NCBI GenBank assembly: GCA_965637545.1
Contig: OZ281500.1
Span: forward strand, 23,746,001-23,810,000
Source: Phallusia mammillata
Taxonomy: Eukaryota
Direction of reading: 5' to 3'
DNA: 64,000 nt
Shown: positions 36,156-48,300 of the stretch, piece after piece
Layout: each line of letters starts with the position of its first letter
How positions within the stretch are numbered: position 1 is the stretch's first letter
Notes under the pieces: generated by a model
The model's database searches: none
What the model saw: the letters and a program-made list of their open reading frames with translations, nothing else
Told to the model about the DNA's origin: nothing
Position numbers and translations under genes: made by a program

Positions 36156-36687
36156 GCTTGTGTGTAGATTTAATTTCTTTCTAGTTCCCAAAATACAACG
36201 TACAATAAGTCCAGAAAATGTAAACTAATATCTATACCACAACAAATGAAAATGACCACCTTTCGTATTTCCAAGTTCTGACAATATGTTTTGAAACAAC
36301 ATGAATTTACAGTATGTTGGGCTGACAACATAAAAACATATCGAGGTATAGTTTTGTCAAGAAAATATTTAGTATCAATTATAAAATAAGTGTGGTTCGC
36401 CCTGAAACACTATTGCATTAGGAAACTGCTAAACAAAAAATAACTAACAAATATTTTCCCATAACTCATCCGACATTTTTCCCAACAATCCATCTTTGTT
36501 TCTTTTATTATTGTTATTCAGGTTCCACTCCCTCGTTTTGTTTCGTTTATTGTAAGAAATTAAATAAACTTTGCGAAATAACAACATTAAAAAAGTGTAG
36601 CAAAGTACACATTAAAGGTATCTGAATGTACATTGCTAATGTAGGCTTAGTTCTGGAGGTTTTTTTAGGTTAAATGTTGGAAAAGTC

Positions 36688-39600
36688 ATGGCGTCGGACA
36701 GTCTGGTTGTGCAAGGTCAAAACCAAAGAATAAACATGACCCTGTTATTAAAACAACAGGCTAGTGGTGTGTAACTATCAGATGCATTTAGAAATAAAAT
36801 AATGTAAAAAACAACAACAATCAAAACAACAATTTTCATCAAAGATTTTGTGAAGTTTTACAATGTTAAAGTACTTTTTCAAAATTGTATTTAATATTTT
36901 TGTATCTTACAGTTTTTTGCATGTAACTGCATTAAAATAGGGCTGAATGATCTGATAAACCCGGTTCAATCTGGGATTTTACTTTAGTGCCAACGATTGT
37001 TGTGATAACAGAACAAAAAATGGAGAATGTACAACAATCCACTTACACTCTGGTAAACATTCTTCCTTCATTTATTTTGTTATTTTTAATCTCTGTTGAA
37101 AAATCTTTTCTTTGAATTTGTTGTTCGTGTTTTTCTTGTCTGAATTGTAGATAATGTTTTCAATTTTACAATGTAACAGTTTGACTTCTTTCTGTGATTG
37201 TTTTTAACTTGTGGTGTTGCATATATGCTGTTGCAGTGAGGCATAGTAAAAACTCAATTTAACATTTTTTGCACTTTGTGATTTGATTGCATTGTATTTG
37301 TAAAATCCAAATCAACTGTATTTTTATATATCACTGTCATCTTAGATGTATAAGCTTTTCTCTTTGCTCAAACGGCAATGAAAGTTTAAGAAATATGCCT
37401 AGCAACAACATTATATTTATAAAAGAATCACAGTGTGCCAGGCCCATTGAAGGCGCCATACCGAATCAGCCGGTCACCAAGCATTCACCACCACATGGCA
37501 AGGCGTAGGCTAGAAAAATCTAGCCCTCGGTGGGATTCGAACCCATGACAGGAGTCTTTCCGGGACTCGCGCTCTACCAACTGAGCTTCGCAGGCTCAGT
37601 GGAGAATCCACCGAAAGTCGAATCAATAAAGATGATGATTTGATGTAAACTTCAAGTGTGTGAACTTGGCAAGATATAAATTTTCACTTTACTTTTTCGC
37701 AGGTCCCTTTAAATGATGAAACACCTCCACCAGCGTACCAAGCATCTACAAGCACTAATACAGGTTCGGAATTTGCTTTTTGAAATGTTGTGTTTATGAT
37801 CTGAATCCAAATGACAAAATTAGGTTTTGCAGCTAAATAGGCTTAGGTAAATGTAAAAGTTTTGCTTTATAATTCAAAACTAGACCATTAGTTGAAATTG
37901 ACTTGTATTTTTACTTCCTTATGTCTCCTATTTGATTGGCAATTTCAAACTTTGGTTCAGGACTACAAGATTTTACAGTACACAGTGTTTGATTCTAAGT
38001 AGCATAACTAAACCAACTCAGTATATTAACTAATTGCATTTACCAAAAGGTAGTCATGTGATGTTTTTTAAGGGCTTAATTGTGTTTACTGTATTGGGAT
38101 ATGCTTGGAGGTGCTCTTAGTGGTGCAAAAAGCAGATGATTCCACAGATAAAATGCTGATTTGTTGTGTTTTTTTAACAAACCTACAACATATATTATTA
38201 AGAATTTGCTGATCAGTTTTTTGACAGAATTAGCAAATTTTGAAATGCATATATAACTACTTTTGTATTAAACCTGATACTTTACCTAGTTTAAACAAAA
38301 ATGATTTTCCTGTTGATTGAAAGTTAGTCAATAAGTTTCTTAAAAACCTGCAACATATAATCTTCAGTATTTGTTAATCAGTTTTTAAAACCAGATTAGC
38401 AAGTCTTTAAATATGTATCTGGCTGATGCATTTATATCGGTTTGTTTTTACATTAAGATGAAGCTTTAGAAGAAGAAAACAAGAACAACGATAATGCGCC
38501 ACCATTGACCAACAAGCTGCCGTCATACGAACAAGCAACAACTTTGCCAACTTACGAAGACACACAAAGACTCAAAGAGGATGAAGCAAGAGCTGAAATA
38601 ATCAACTACTTCTTTGGAACTGAGGTTGGATATTTTGTTGAAGTTTAGACTAACTCTTGTTTTGAAACATTTAAGGTGGCTATTGAGAATACTTAAGTTT
38701 TAAACAGAGTTGTCTAGTTTTTTTTAAATATCTAAGTGAAAGTCTAAGTGAAAATGCTCTACAATTAAGGGATTTTTATCTCTTGTACATTGTCATGTTA
38801 CCAACATTAAGATGTTAACTTGTTAAATTTGTTGGGCTTGTGTGAAGAAATTTAATGTTGCACAGCAGTGGTCGGCAACCGCCGGTCCGCGGCCCGGTAC
38901 CGGTCCGCGAGGAGTTCGTTACCGGGCCGTATACTTTTTTAGGTTAATGCTACACAACATTTTGCCCATGTATCCCGGGGGATAAACTTACTTTGGCGTT
39001 TTCATTGCTAAATATTTGTAATTTTTTTTTAAGACCGGTCCGCGATAAAATTTCAGTTTCATAAACGGTCCGCAGTGCAAAAAAGGTTGCGGACCCCTGT
39101 TGTACAGCACAGGTTTTCAACATATTTTCTTTGTTTACCTATTTTGCCGATTTGAGGTTTAACTTTACTCTAGTTTCTTTAACCACCTTAATTTTTTTAT
39201 GACTTATATTTACCCACAAGCTTGTAAAATTGTCCCAGTGGTTGAGAACAACTTGGGCGTAATACAACAACTCTAATTTGTGCCTGCCAGGCAAAAACAA
39301 AGTTAATTTGTATAATTTAGTGTTTGTTAGTCTACTTTGAATTACCATGATTAAGCCAAATTAAAACGGTTTTAAGTAATTTGCAGAATAGAAAATTTTC
39401 TTATCTGGGCATATATATATATTGTTTACATTTATTGTTAAATCTAATTCGGGTAAAATTTTTACAACCATCATTTTGATATTTGTCTTTTATGTATTGT
39501 ATTTAAACCATAATTACATTTCATATTTGTTTAACATAAATTCTATGCTATTCATAAACATGTCATTCATAATTTGTATTATTGGCTGAGACAATAGTGA

Positions 39601-42185
39601 GAAATTCTTATAATTTCTCCATGGGAAGTCAATGGCTATTCGTCCTAAATTGATCCATATTCTTATGAAAGCATATTTAAATAAACCTGAGCCTTAGGGA
39701 TATTTATGAAGGTCATGTAATATTGATTATGTGACAGACTTCCCTTCTACTTATGTCATGCGTTACATTAGGAGAGGTCCACTTACATATTGCGAGACAA
39801 AGTAAATTAGCCTCATATATGTTTCCCAATTACAGTTGAATGTTTAAAGTAATGTTTCTCGAACCTTTTTACCCCAAGATATAAAATGAACAAACTGTAT
39901 AATTGTAAATATTGAAACAATAGTCTATTAAATATAATGTTGTTTATGATCTCTTTACTTATTTCTATTGTGCACTGCTTGTGAATTACTGAGTTTAGGT
40001 ATTACAAAATGTAAGCAGTCTGTCAATTATCACTTATTGTACTCTTTTCATTCTTTGTTGTAAGTTCTCTTAATACTTTTGCTACACTGTGTTTGACTGC
40101 AGCACAAATTGTGATTAGAATTACCCGCACAAAGTCTGTACAGGGTGTGTGTCTTACTCTAGTATTGAGTATTGACTGTGTTCATGGGCGCAACTAGGGG
40201 GGCAGGTTCGTCGGCATGCCAGGTCCCTTTTCTATCGGTGTTATTGTGTATAACGGCTCTCGTACAGCGCCGAAAACACGTTCGTTCACATCAAAGCTAA
40301 AAATAACTTTCAAATGACAGGACAAGGCGCCGTCACAGCAGTAAATCGCTTCATCGGCATATATTGCGATGGTAAAAACGAAGTTTCTGCGATGTATTTA
40401 TACAACAACCTGCTATTGTGTCGCTATGTTTTCTTTCACCAAGCGAAATAAACTCAACTCAACTCAACTCAACACCTAGTCGAACGAGTTTATTTGTTAC
40501 GAAACAATGCCTTAGTTTAAAACGTCAATATACTATCACAATGGACTTTGTGACTTACGTTACTTTTTCACAGCATTAGAACCCGTACAATCCAAGGACG
40601 AATCCCAGTTTTTGTTTAGATTATTAGTGGAAAAGCGCGTCCGACCATTCGACCAATCTATGATGCGCACTTAGCAATACAATCGTTTTTGGGAAAGTCG
40701 TATTGGTAGTTCGTTGCCTACCCCCTCAATTTTCCGCTAGTTGCGCCACTGACTGTGTTTGTTGTTAACTAAGCATTTTGTGATTTCAACGACATTTATC
40801 CTATGCATAAGACCCATACTTAGCCAGTAGTTAGTCTACAGGGCACAGGCTAGTAGTCTTTTTAGGACTAATAGTTACATGATATTAGACAACTTCTCTG
40901 TTATTTTTTAACCTCTAACCTGAAAGGTACATTGGTTGGATTCACCTATTTACAACAAAACTTTTTGTCAGCTACAAACTTTTTTACGTTAGGAATGAAT
41001 TTGCTCCATTATAGAGCAACTTTTAATATGTCACCCCTTGTAATTTTTTTTCAATTTTTGGTCTGATTAAATCTTTCTCCAAAATGTGTTTACTTAAAAA
41101 GTATATCATGGATAAAAACAGTCTAACTCTAACCGTTAAAATTTTTACGTTTTGCAGAATGACAATGAAATTTATGTTGATGGATTCGCCGTTGGAAGTG
41201 ACTGTACATTCATTTTGGCTTTCATCATGGCATTCTTCTTTAACTGGTTGGGTTTTTTCATTGGCTACTGTATATTGCTCAGCCTGGCTGGACGTTATGG
41301 AGCAATTTCTGGTTTTGGCCTCTCCATTATCAACTGGTTGATGTATTTGAAAGTGAGTTTTACAAATAGTTTTAAATTGGAAATTAAAAAAAAGGTTTGA
41401 TGTAAAACAGACAGCATATAAGACTTCTGTTTTTTTTTTCTGAGAGTGTTATGGAGCCCAACTGCCCATAAATGTTACAACATAGTTAACACATTAACTG
41501 AAAAGTTGAAAGTGTCTACTTTTAGATGTTCCTTGTAGCATTATTGACTTTGCATGCATTTAAGTCGCAGATCATTACAGTAAATATTTGAAATACAAAA
41601 GTGCCAAAAAATCAGTCAAAGTAAAATGAAATAATTTATTATTTTGTGCAGTAAAATAAATTGTTACTTTTGTGCAGTATTCTCACGTCCATAATGAATA
41701 TTTCAATGATGAGAAGCTGTTTATGTGGTGGTTTTTCTTTTTACTTGGTAAGTATAAAACACTTGGTTTCAAAAACTTGCAACTCTTAAGTTTTTTGTCC
41801 TTTTCAGCTGACGTTTTGTACAAACCTTTTTACAATACTTATTGATTTTTTTCACAAAATATCCAATCTCATGTTTTATAATTTATATATGTTTGAATAA
41901 TGTGTCCATGTAATTCAAAAGTATTTGGTTCACGACTAGGTGTTTGAATCCAAACTCAATAGTAACATAGAGTGACCAAAACGTTACCTGATATAAAAGT
42001 TTTGTCTCTTGCCATCTGCCTATAAAATTTTCTCTACTGTATTGCATTAAACACCAAAATTATATTTAAACTTCACAGGCTCCCTGTTGATTGTGAAGGG
42101 GGTCGTAAATTGGTTTAAAGTTCGCAGAGTTCTTTCTTTGACTCCAGAGGAAAGAGAAAATGGCAGAGTGCTGGTTCTCTACTAA
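36688..42185 (+). CDS. NDFIP1/2: NEDD4 family-interacting protein; exons 36688-36715 (tentative), 36988-37052, 37703-37763, 38458-38624, 41158-41352, 41678-41747, 42079-42185
   Basis: PY motifs PPAY, LPSY and LPTY; three TM segments (VGSDCTFILAFIMAFFFNWLGFF..., AGRYGAISGFGLS, MWWFFFLLG); C-terminal RVLVLY*. The first exon has a weak donor; the alternative start is M-ENVQQ at ~37020. Confidence 0.9.
37523..37595 (-). pseudogene. tRNA-like sequence (tRNA-Lys-like scaffold); pseudo-tRNA or SINE head in an NDFIP intron
   Basis: 73 nt GCCTGCGAAGCTCAGTTGGTAGAGCGCGAGTCCCGGAAAGACTCCTGTCATGGGTTCGAATCCCACCGAGGGC. Intact D arm, TTCGAAT loop and 5-bp anticodon-like stem, but mismatches in the acceptor and T stems, one extra base and a CC-led loop. 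Confidence 0.55.
38866..39099. mobile_element. hAT/Charlie-like MITE in an NDFIP intron
   Basis: CAGTGGTCGGCAACC...GGTTGCGGACCCCTG; TSD TTGCACAG/TTGTACAG; GGTCCGCG subterminal repeats. Confidence 0.8.
40183..40751. mobile_element. ~570-bp non-autonomous hAT element in an NDFIP intron
   Basis: TIR CATGGGCGCAACTAG...CTAGTTGCGCCACTG; perfect TSD ACTGTGTT. Confidence 0.85.
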
Positions 42186-45100
42186 AGCTTTCATAAAGGT
42201 ATCTATAGCAACTGTTGTCGCTATATGGGTGTGATCATTACAAAGTCATTAGAGCCATCTATGTATGTTGTTACTAGTATTGTCTGTTGTGATATAAAAA
42301 AATTCAATAGTTTACGGGGGCTGAGTGGTCAATGCAATCGCTCTTTGGTCACAAGGTTATAGGTTTTAATCCCATCTTGGAAATTTAACTGGCTTTACTT
42401 GGACCAATCTGTTGGCTGAACTAAATTGAAGTCGCCAAATCTAAAATTTAATGAAAACTGTTTTTTTGAAATATAGATCTTGTTTGCAAACTTAGTATGT
42501 ACATATACACCCAAGTCTTGTTGGCAATCAAAATGAAACAAGCACATTAAACTATTGTTTGTTAATAATATCAATTTTATTCTAAAGTGTTTGCGAAAGT
42601 AACAATGATACCAGGGATTTACGTCTAATATGTTTACTATTATATGCTCAGACTAATTATTACTGGAAATTTCAGCTGTTTTACTGATAATATGTTACTG
42701 GAATCGTCTGTTTTAAGTGTTTATCTGTGGTTCAGGACGGTTTACGAACTACCATTTTACACTTTGACTCTAAATTACGGTAAAATTTTTGACTATGAAC
42801 TTACACCTGTTTATTTCTTCAGACTCATCGAAACATTCAAGCACTTGCGGTTCATTATTCATCTCTCTCTGTCTTTGTGTTTTCTAGAAACAGAATTTTT
42901 CACAGCTATTGTGGTTTTGACATAGTTTTCAGCAAGTTGTACATACTGTATATTCAAGGGCTGTATACATCAGAAAAGATTGATGCTGTGACTTAAAAAG
43001 TTATATTGTTTTTCAAATATAGGATAGTTTGTTTTGTTTTTCATTTGATTTTACCATTAGAAAATGACAAAAATGTAGCAACCATCAATATAAATAACTT
43101 ACTGTTTAAACATATATATGTGACCTAAAATGCTCTGCCATAATTTGGAACCTAGCTTGCCCAACTAAATATACTTGCTACTGCTTTTACGCAGCTTTTC
43201 ATACTGTCTTGTGCAATTATATATGTCATGTATCAAAGTTTTGTACATAGCAATGTTATCGTGTTCATTAACCCAACCAAGAAATCAGTATTTAAACTTT
43301 ATTGAAATGTTTGTGAAGAGTGCTACTGCTTATGCTTGTTAGACTGCATCAGAAATAAATTAAAGATAATTGCAAAATTTTAGCCCCCAAATGAAAACAA
43401 TAATGTTTTGGGTGAAATTGACATTATGTGCTTTCCTTGTGTCTTTACTTAAAGAGAAAAATATTTCTACCCAGAACTGGAGAAAAATGTTTTCATTCAA
43501 TCCCAGATCAAGGAAATAAAAATGTACCAAATTGTGCGTGTGTGCTTTTTCAAAAGATTTGAGCCAGGAAATACTGTTGAACCATGTGGAAGCTTGTCAT
43601 AAAGTTATTTTAAAATCTACAATACATAAAAAATGTTGTGTGGGTATTGCTTTGCGGTCTACTAGTAATTTCGCTTGAAAAAAGTGGCAAATCTGGTTTT
43701 ATATTTCTATTTGGAATGCAATTAACTTTATGATTGGAGTAAAATTTTGAGAGGAATAAGATGTAAAGGTGTAATTTTTAAAACAACTTAAGCACGTCGC
43801 GCAACAGCAAAAAAACAACAACAAACGAAAATAGTAGTTTTTGCCAATTATAGTTGTTCGCCGTTTCTGTGTCTTTTGCTCTACTGCGCAGCTGGAATCT
43901 GCGCAGAATCGATGGAGCGTAACAAGTTGCAAACTTCATTTGGGTTCGGCCCCGATTTCTTCCAACAAACCTAAGTAGAAAAATTTGAAGTTTACTACTT
44001 GGAAATTATTCCAAGTTGGAATAAGGAAGGTTAAACACATCAGTTTTAGGCCGTTAGAAGCTTAACGGAGTTGTTGAATTGAGCTTGTGATTTTTATTTG
44101 TCTTCAGGTTGTGTTTTTGCGTTTTTAAGGTAATATTATTGTGAGTTTAGAATAGATACAATTAGTTGTCTTGTCTTAAAACAATTGTAATAATCCAATG
44201 TTTGCGAATTTCGGCAGTTGAAAAAAGTGCTGTAGATTCGAAACAGACCTGCTATAAAGTTAATTTGGCTGTTTTTGAGGGTTTTTTTAGTTCACTATTT
44301 TACATTAAATGTAAAATCAAGTACAAATCAGTGATAGAAATAATATTGCACTTTTGCAGAACAAGTAAAGAAAAGAAATAAGTGTGTATGAAACAATATT
44401 CTATTTTATGTTATGTAACAAAATACTTGCAAGGAAAAAATTAAGGGAGTATTTCATGATTTTTTTAAACGAAACCCATCAGATGGTCCAGAGAATTGTT
44501 TGCTGTTAACTGTTATGTTAAAAAATAGGTAATTATTTTTCATGACTGAACTATTGCAAGTGAGGATAGTTTTATTAATTCTTAATTTGAATACTCGGTA
44601 GCACTGTAATGTTTTAATACCACACCTAATCACTAGATTTAGTTTTATTACATTATTCAGTCAGAGACAGTTGCCTAATTAAATGTAATAGAATTTAGTC
44701 TGTTGTATTACAAGATTTACTGAAATCAAATCAGTTTTAAAGTTATATTTTGGTGAATAGATAGATTGCGTTTTATGTTTTTTAACAAGGTTTTTGCCAC
44801 AACTGTGTTTAAAGTTAAATTAGCATGGACGTCATTATCAATTGGGCTTATAGAGTTAAATAAAGGTTGTTTTTATCTTTTTACCATGGTAAAATATTAA
44901 TCCCGTTATAAGACAATGGCATAGTTTAGGCTGTAATTCTATTTGTGAATTTGACACCTTGCAATTATAATGGTAACAATGATTCTTGAAAACTCTACAA
45001 CAAAATTTATCCGAATGTGCAAGTTTTCTGGCAGTTTTGTTTTTGATCAAAATGGTTTCATTAAAAATAGATTTAGAATTATTTAACTAAATTACCATTG

Positions 45101-45344
45101 GCTTTTGAAATGAGCACTTATAACTAGACTGTTTACTAAAATATAAAACAAATTTTTTATGATAATCATTATTTGTTCTTTATGTTTGTTGCAGAAACAT
45201 ATTTTGATCAGAGTATGAAGCAAATGTGAAACAGTACTAGTATAGGTTTCAACATTTATCTGTCCCCAATGTGAAAAAACATGTTTTTAAAGTGACCACG
45301 GATGGACTAAATCTGTTACCAAAAGTTGGATTTAAACTGCAACC

Positions 45345-48300
45345 ATGAGTGATGTATCAAGGAATAGGGGAAAGTCCAAATTTGTAAGTTTCCAAGACCA
45401 AACTCCATGACGTTATCTGTGGCATTGTGCTAAGCATGCCTAACTGTCAAATCCATGGCTTGAGCTGTATGACGTAAATTTCCTGTTAAAATCTGCTTGT
45501 CTTGTGCCTTTTGTATCGTGGCAAATTTCGAAACAAACCATATATACTTCCATTATGCTGATAACACAGTGTTTTAAATACCTGGGGCAGTGCAATATAC
45601 CGGGTGCCATATATACTGAGCCGGTGCCATATATGCTGTATTACCTGAAAACACAAAAATTTAAATGTGCTTTATTTTCAGTTGGATCGTTTTACATCAG
45701 TTAACGCCAAAGTGAAAAAACCCAAAGACCGATTTGCCAAGGCAGGCTTTCCTTCAACTGAGGAAGTTCAACCCGAAAATGTGTTTCCTACAGCGATGGC
45801 TGACAAGCTGTCAGAACATGAAGTGCTCACCCTCTTTGAAAAAATGCTGGTAAGTCCATGCACCTCATCCTAATGGTATTTCACTAGGCATTTTTAACTT
45901 TCCTGTTTTTCAAACACACAAAAAACATACTACAGTAAACCTCCAGACCCGATTGGACCAAAAAATTTGCTCAGATTAGGCAAAGATCAGGATTAACCGA
46001 TGTTGATTAGTTCAAGCTTAACAAATCATTTAAAAATCTTTGTGGTTTTTAAAAATGGAAGACAAACAAAAATAATCATAAAGTTGGCTGTCTGCTTACT
46101 ATATATGTATATGCAATTGGTGTCTTCATGCTACATCTTTGTTGACTACTGCTATACAATACAATGGAGTGGAGGATATATATATATATATATATATGTT
46201 TCTACAATGTCAAAGAAAAACATTTACAAAAAGGGCATCAGCCTTTTATTTCACAATTGCCACATTTGTTTTGTACTGCTGTACGTCAGTTTGATTGACC
46301 AATAGGACAAGGCCTACTTTTGTAAATAGTGGCTGTCATCTGTACACATTTACATTCATTGCTTTTCTAGAGAAGATATACTTTAAACTCGACCCTATAC
46401 TCTTTGAAGTAGGTACCTTATCAGTGTTAATATTGGCGCACTTAATGACAAGATATGTATTTGAGCAGATTTAAAGATATACCATAGAACTAGTGTGTGT
46501 GGGATTTGTCCCAATGCCTAATTACAAGTTATCAAAAGTTTTTGTGGATATGCCTGCCTTTTAAATGTTTTAAAAATAACAGTCTTTGATTCAACAATAT
46601 TTAATATTACCTCACATATAAATTATTGTCGAAGGGTTGGGATATTAAAACAGAATTGTGTTAAAACATCAACATTTAAGTGCGTCTTATGAATACATAT
46701 ATATATATATATATACATATGTAACTGGAATTGAGTGCTATAATTTAGTCAATTTTATTTCAGGATGACATGAATCTGGCAGAAGAAAAGAAAGAACCTC
46801 TGAGAAGCAAAGACCTGATTATAAAGCGAAACATGGTGGTACAATGGCTGAATAAAACCTCTATTGTAAAGGTAAATAAATGTTTACTTAGTGGGTTGTT
46901 GACGTCAAAATGTTATAAATACCTTCGTGCTGTACAAGTATGCCAAGCATCTTAATACATTTCCTTACTGTAAATGTCGGAAGGTAAAGCTGCTGGAAAT
47001 GTATGCCAAGGTTAAAATAATAAAATAACGTTAAGAATTGTTAAAAATTGTATTTAAATTTGACTTAAGCATACAAATACTTATAACCTGTTGACAAATC
47101 ACATCTTGTTGACAAAATTTTGGCTTCTTTTTCTAGTGGGATCTAAAGATTGAGTCACAAAAATAATTAGTTGCAAATAAACAGTTATATATTAAAAGTG
47201 ATATAAAACAATAAAAAGAGCAATATGTTTTCCGTGACAATGCCAAATTTGTAGATATTTCATTTTTTGGGAAATTATAGTTACTGTCAATAGTAACGTT
47301 AAAGTGTAGAACTATGGTGTTATGCATTTTGCTATTGCAGCACTTTGTAAACAAAATATATATATTACTGAACTGTAAAGATAATCATTATGCCATTGTT
47401 ACACAATTTCAAACCTTTATTGTGTGATGTGTGACCTATACCTACCCCTAACAACACATGCATGTATTAGGGAAAGTTCAATACAAGATCTAATCGAGGG
47501 TTCAACAAAGTTGTAAACTCCATATATGTCATTGCACCACATTGTTTCTGCCACTTAAGTTGCAAGATTATACCCCCGGGCTGACATCTTTATTGTTGCA
47601 CCATCATTCTCTACCTTATTGCATTTTCAAATAAAGATGTAACCCATGGTTCAAGGCAACTAATTGCCAATAATTTACTTGCGATAAAAATGCAAATCTA
47701 TTCAAAGGTGCTTGGTCATGTCTTAAGCTTTCCTATCTTGTGTATGTTTTTCTTGCAACAGGAAGCTCTTTGGCGTGACTGGCCTGACTGTTGGCATTTC
47801 ATTCACATCTACTGCATATGTCTAGTGAAAGATTATAAATATATAATGAAACAGACACATTTAAATACAAGTTTATGTATAAAAGTGTTGAGAAGATAAT
47901 GATATTGCCCTAGAAGCAAACCTATTACTTTATGTATGTAAAGAAGCATGAGTCCTTTTGCAATGTGAAAAAATGGGCAGTTTCAATAGAACTAGCAGTG
48001 TATGGGTTCTCAACCTTTTCACGTTTCCCCCTTTATAGATTACTATAGGTAACTTTACTTTAACGTTTTTAAATACCCTAATTTAAAATGTTGCCCCTTT
48101 TTTACCTTAAAAACATAACAAGTTTATTACCTGGTTAAGAACATATCAAATATCCAAAACAGTATGTTGCATTTATATTTATTTATTTAGTAAGTTTACT
48201 TGCACAAAGTATTTCCCAAAATCAACGAAAATTGCTACCTCTTAATTTACACCTTACTTGACGAAAGAGGTTGGAAATTGTTGAAGGAAAGATGAAAAAA

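Noticed and set aside
37523-37595. Functional tRNA gene
   Set aside because: Acceptor- and T-stem mismatches, an extra base before the anticodon stem and a non-canonical loop; reported as tRNA-like instead.
43912-43974. Short ORF MERNKLQ...QQT* as an alternative first formin exon
   Set aside because: In-frame stop and no phase-0 donor; at most a uORF or 5' UTR sequence.
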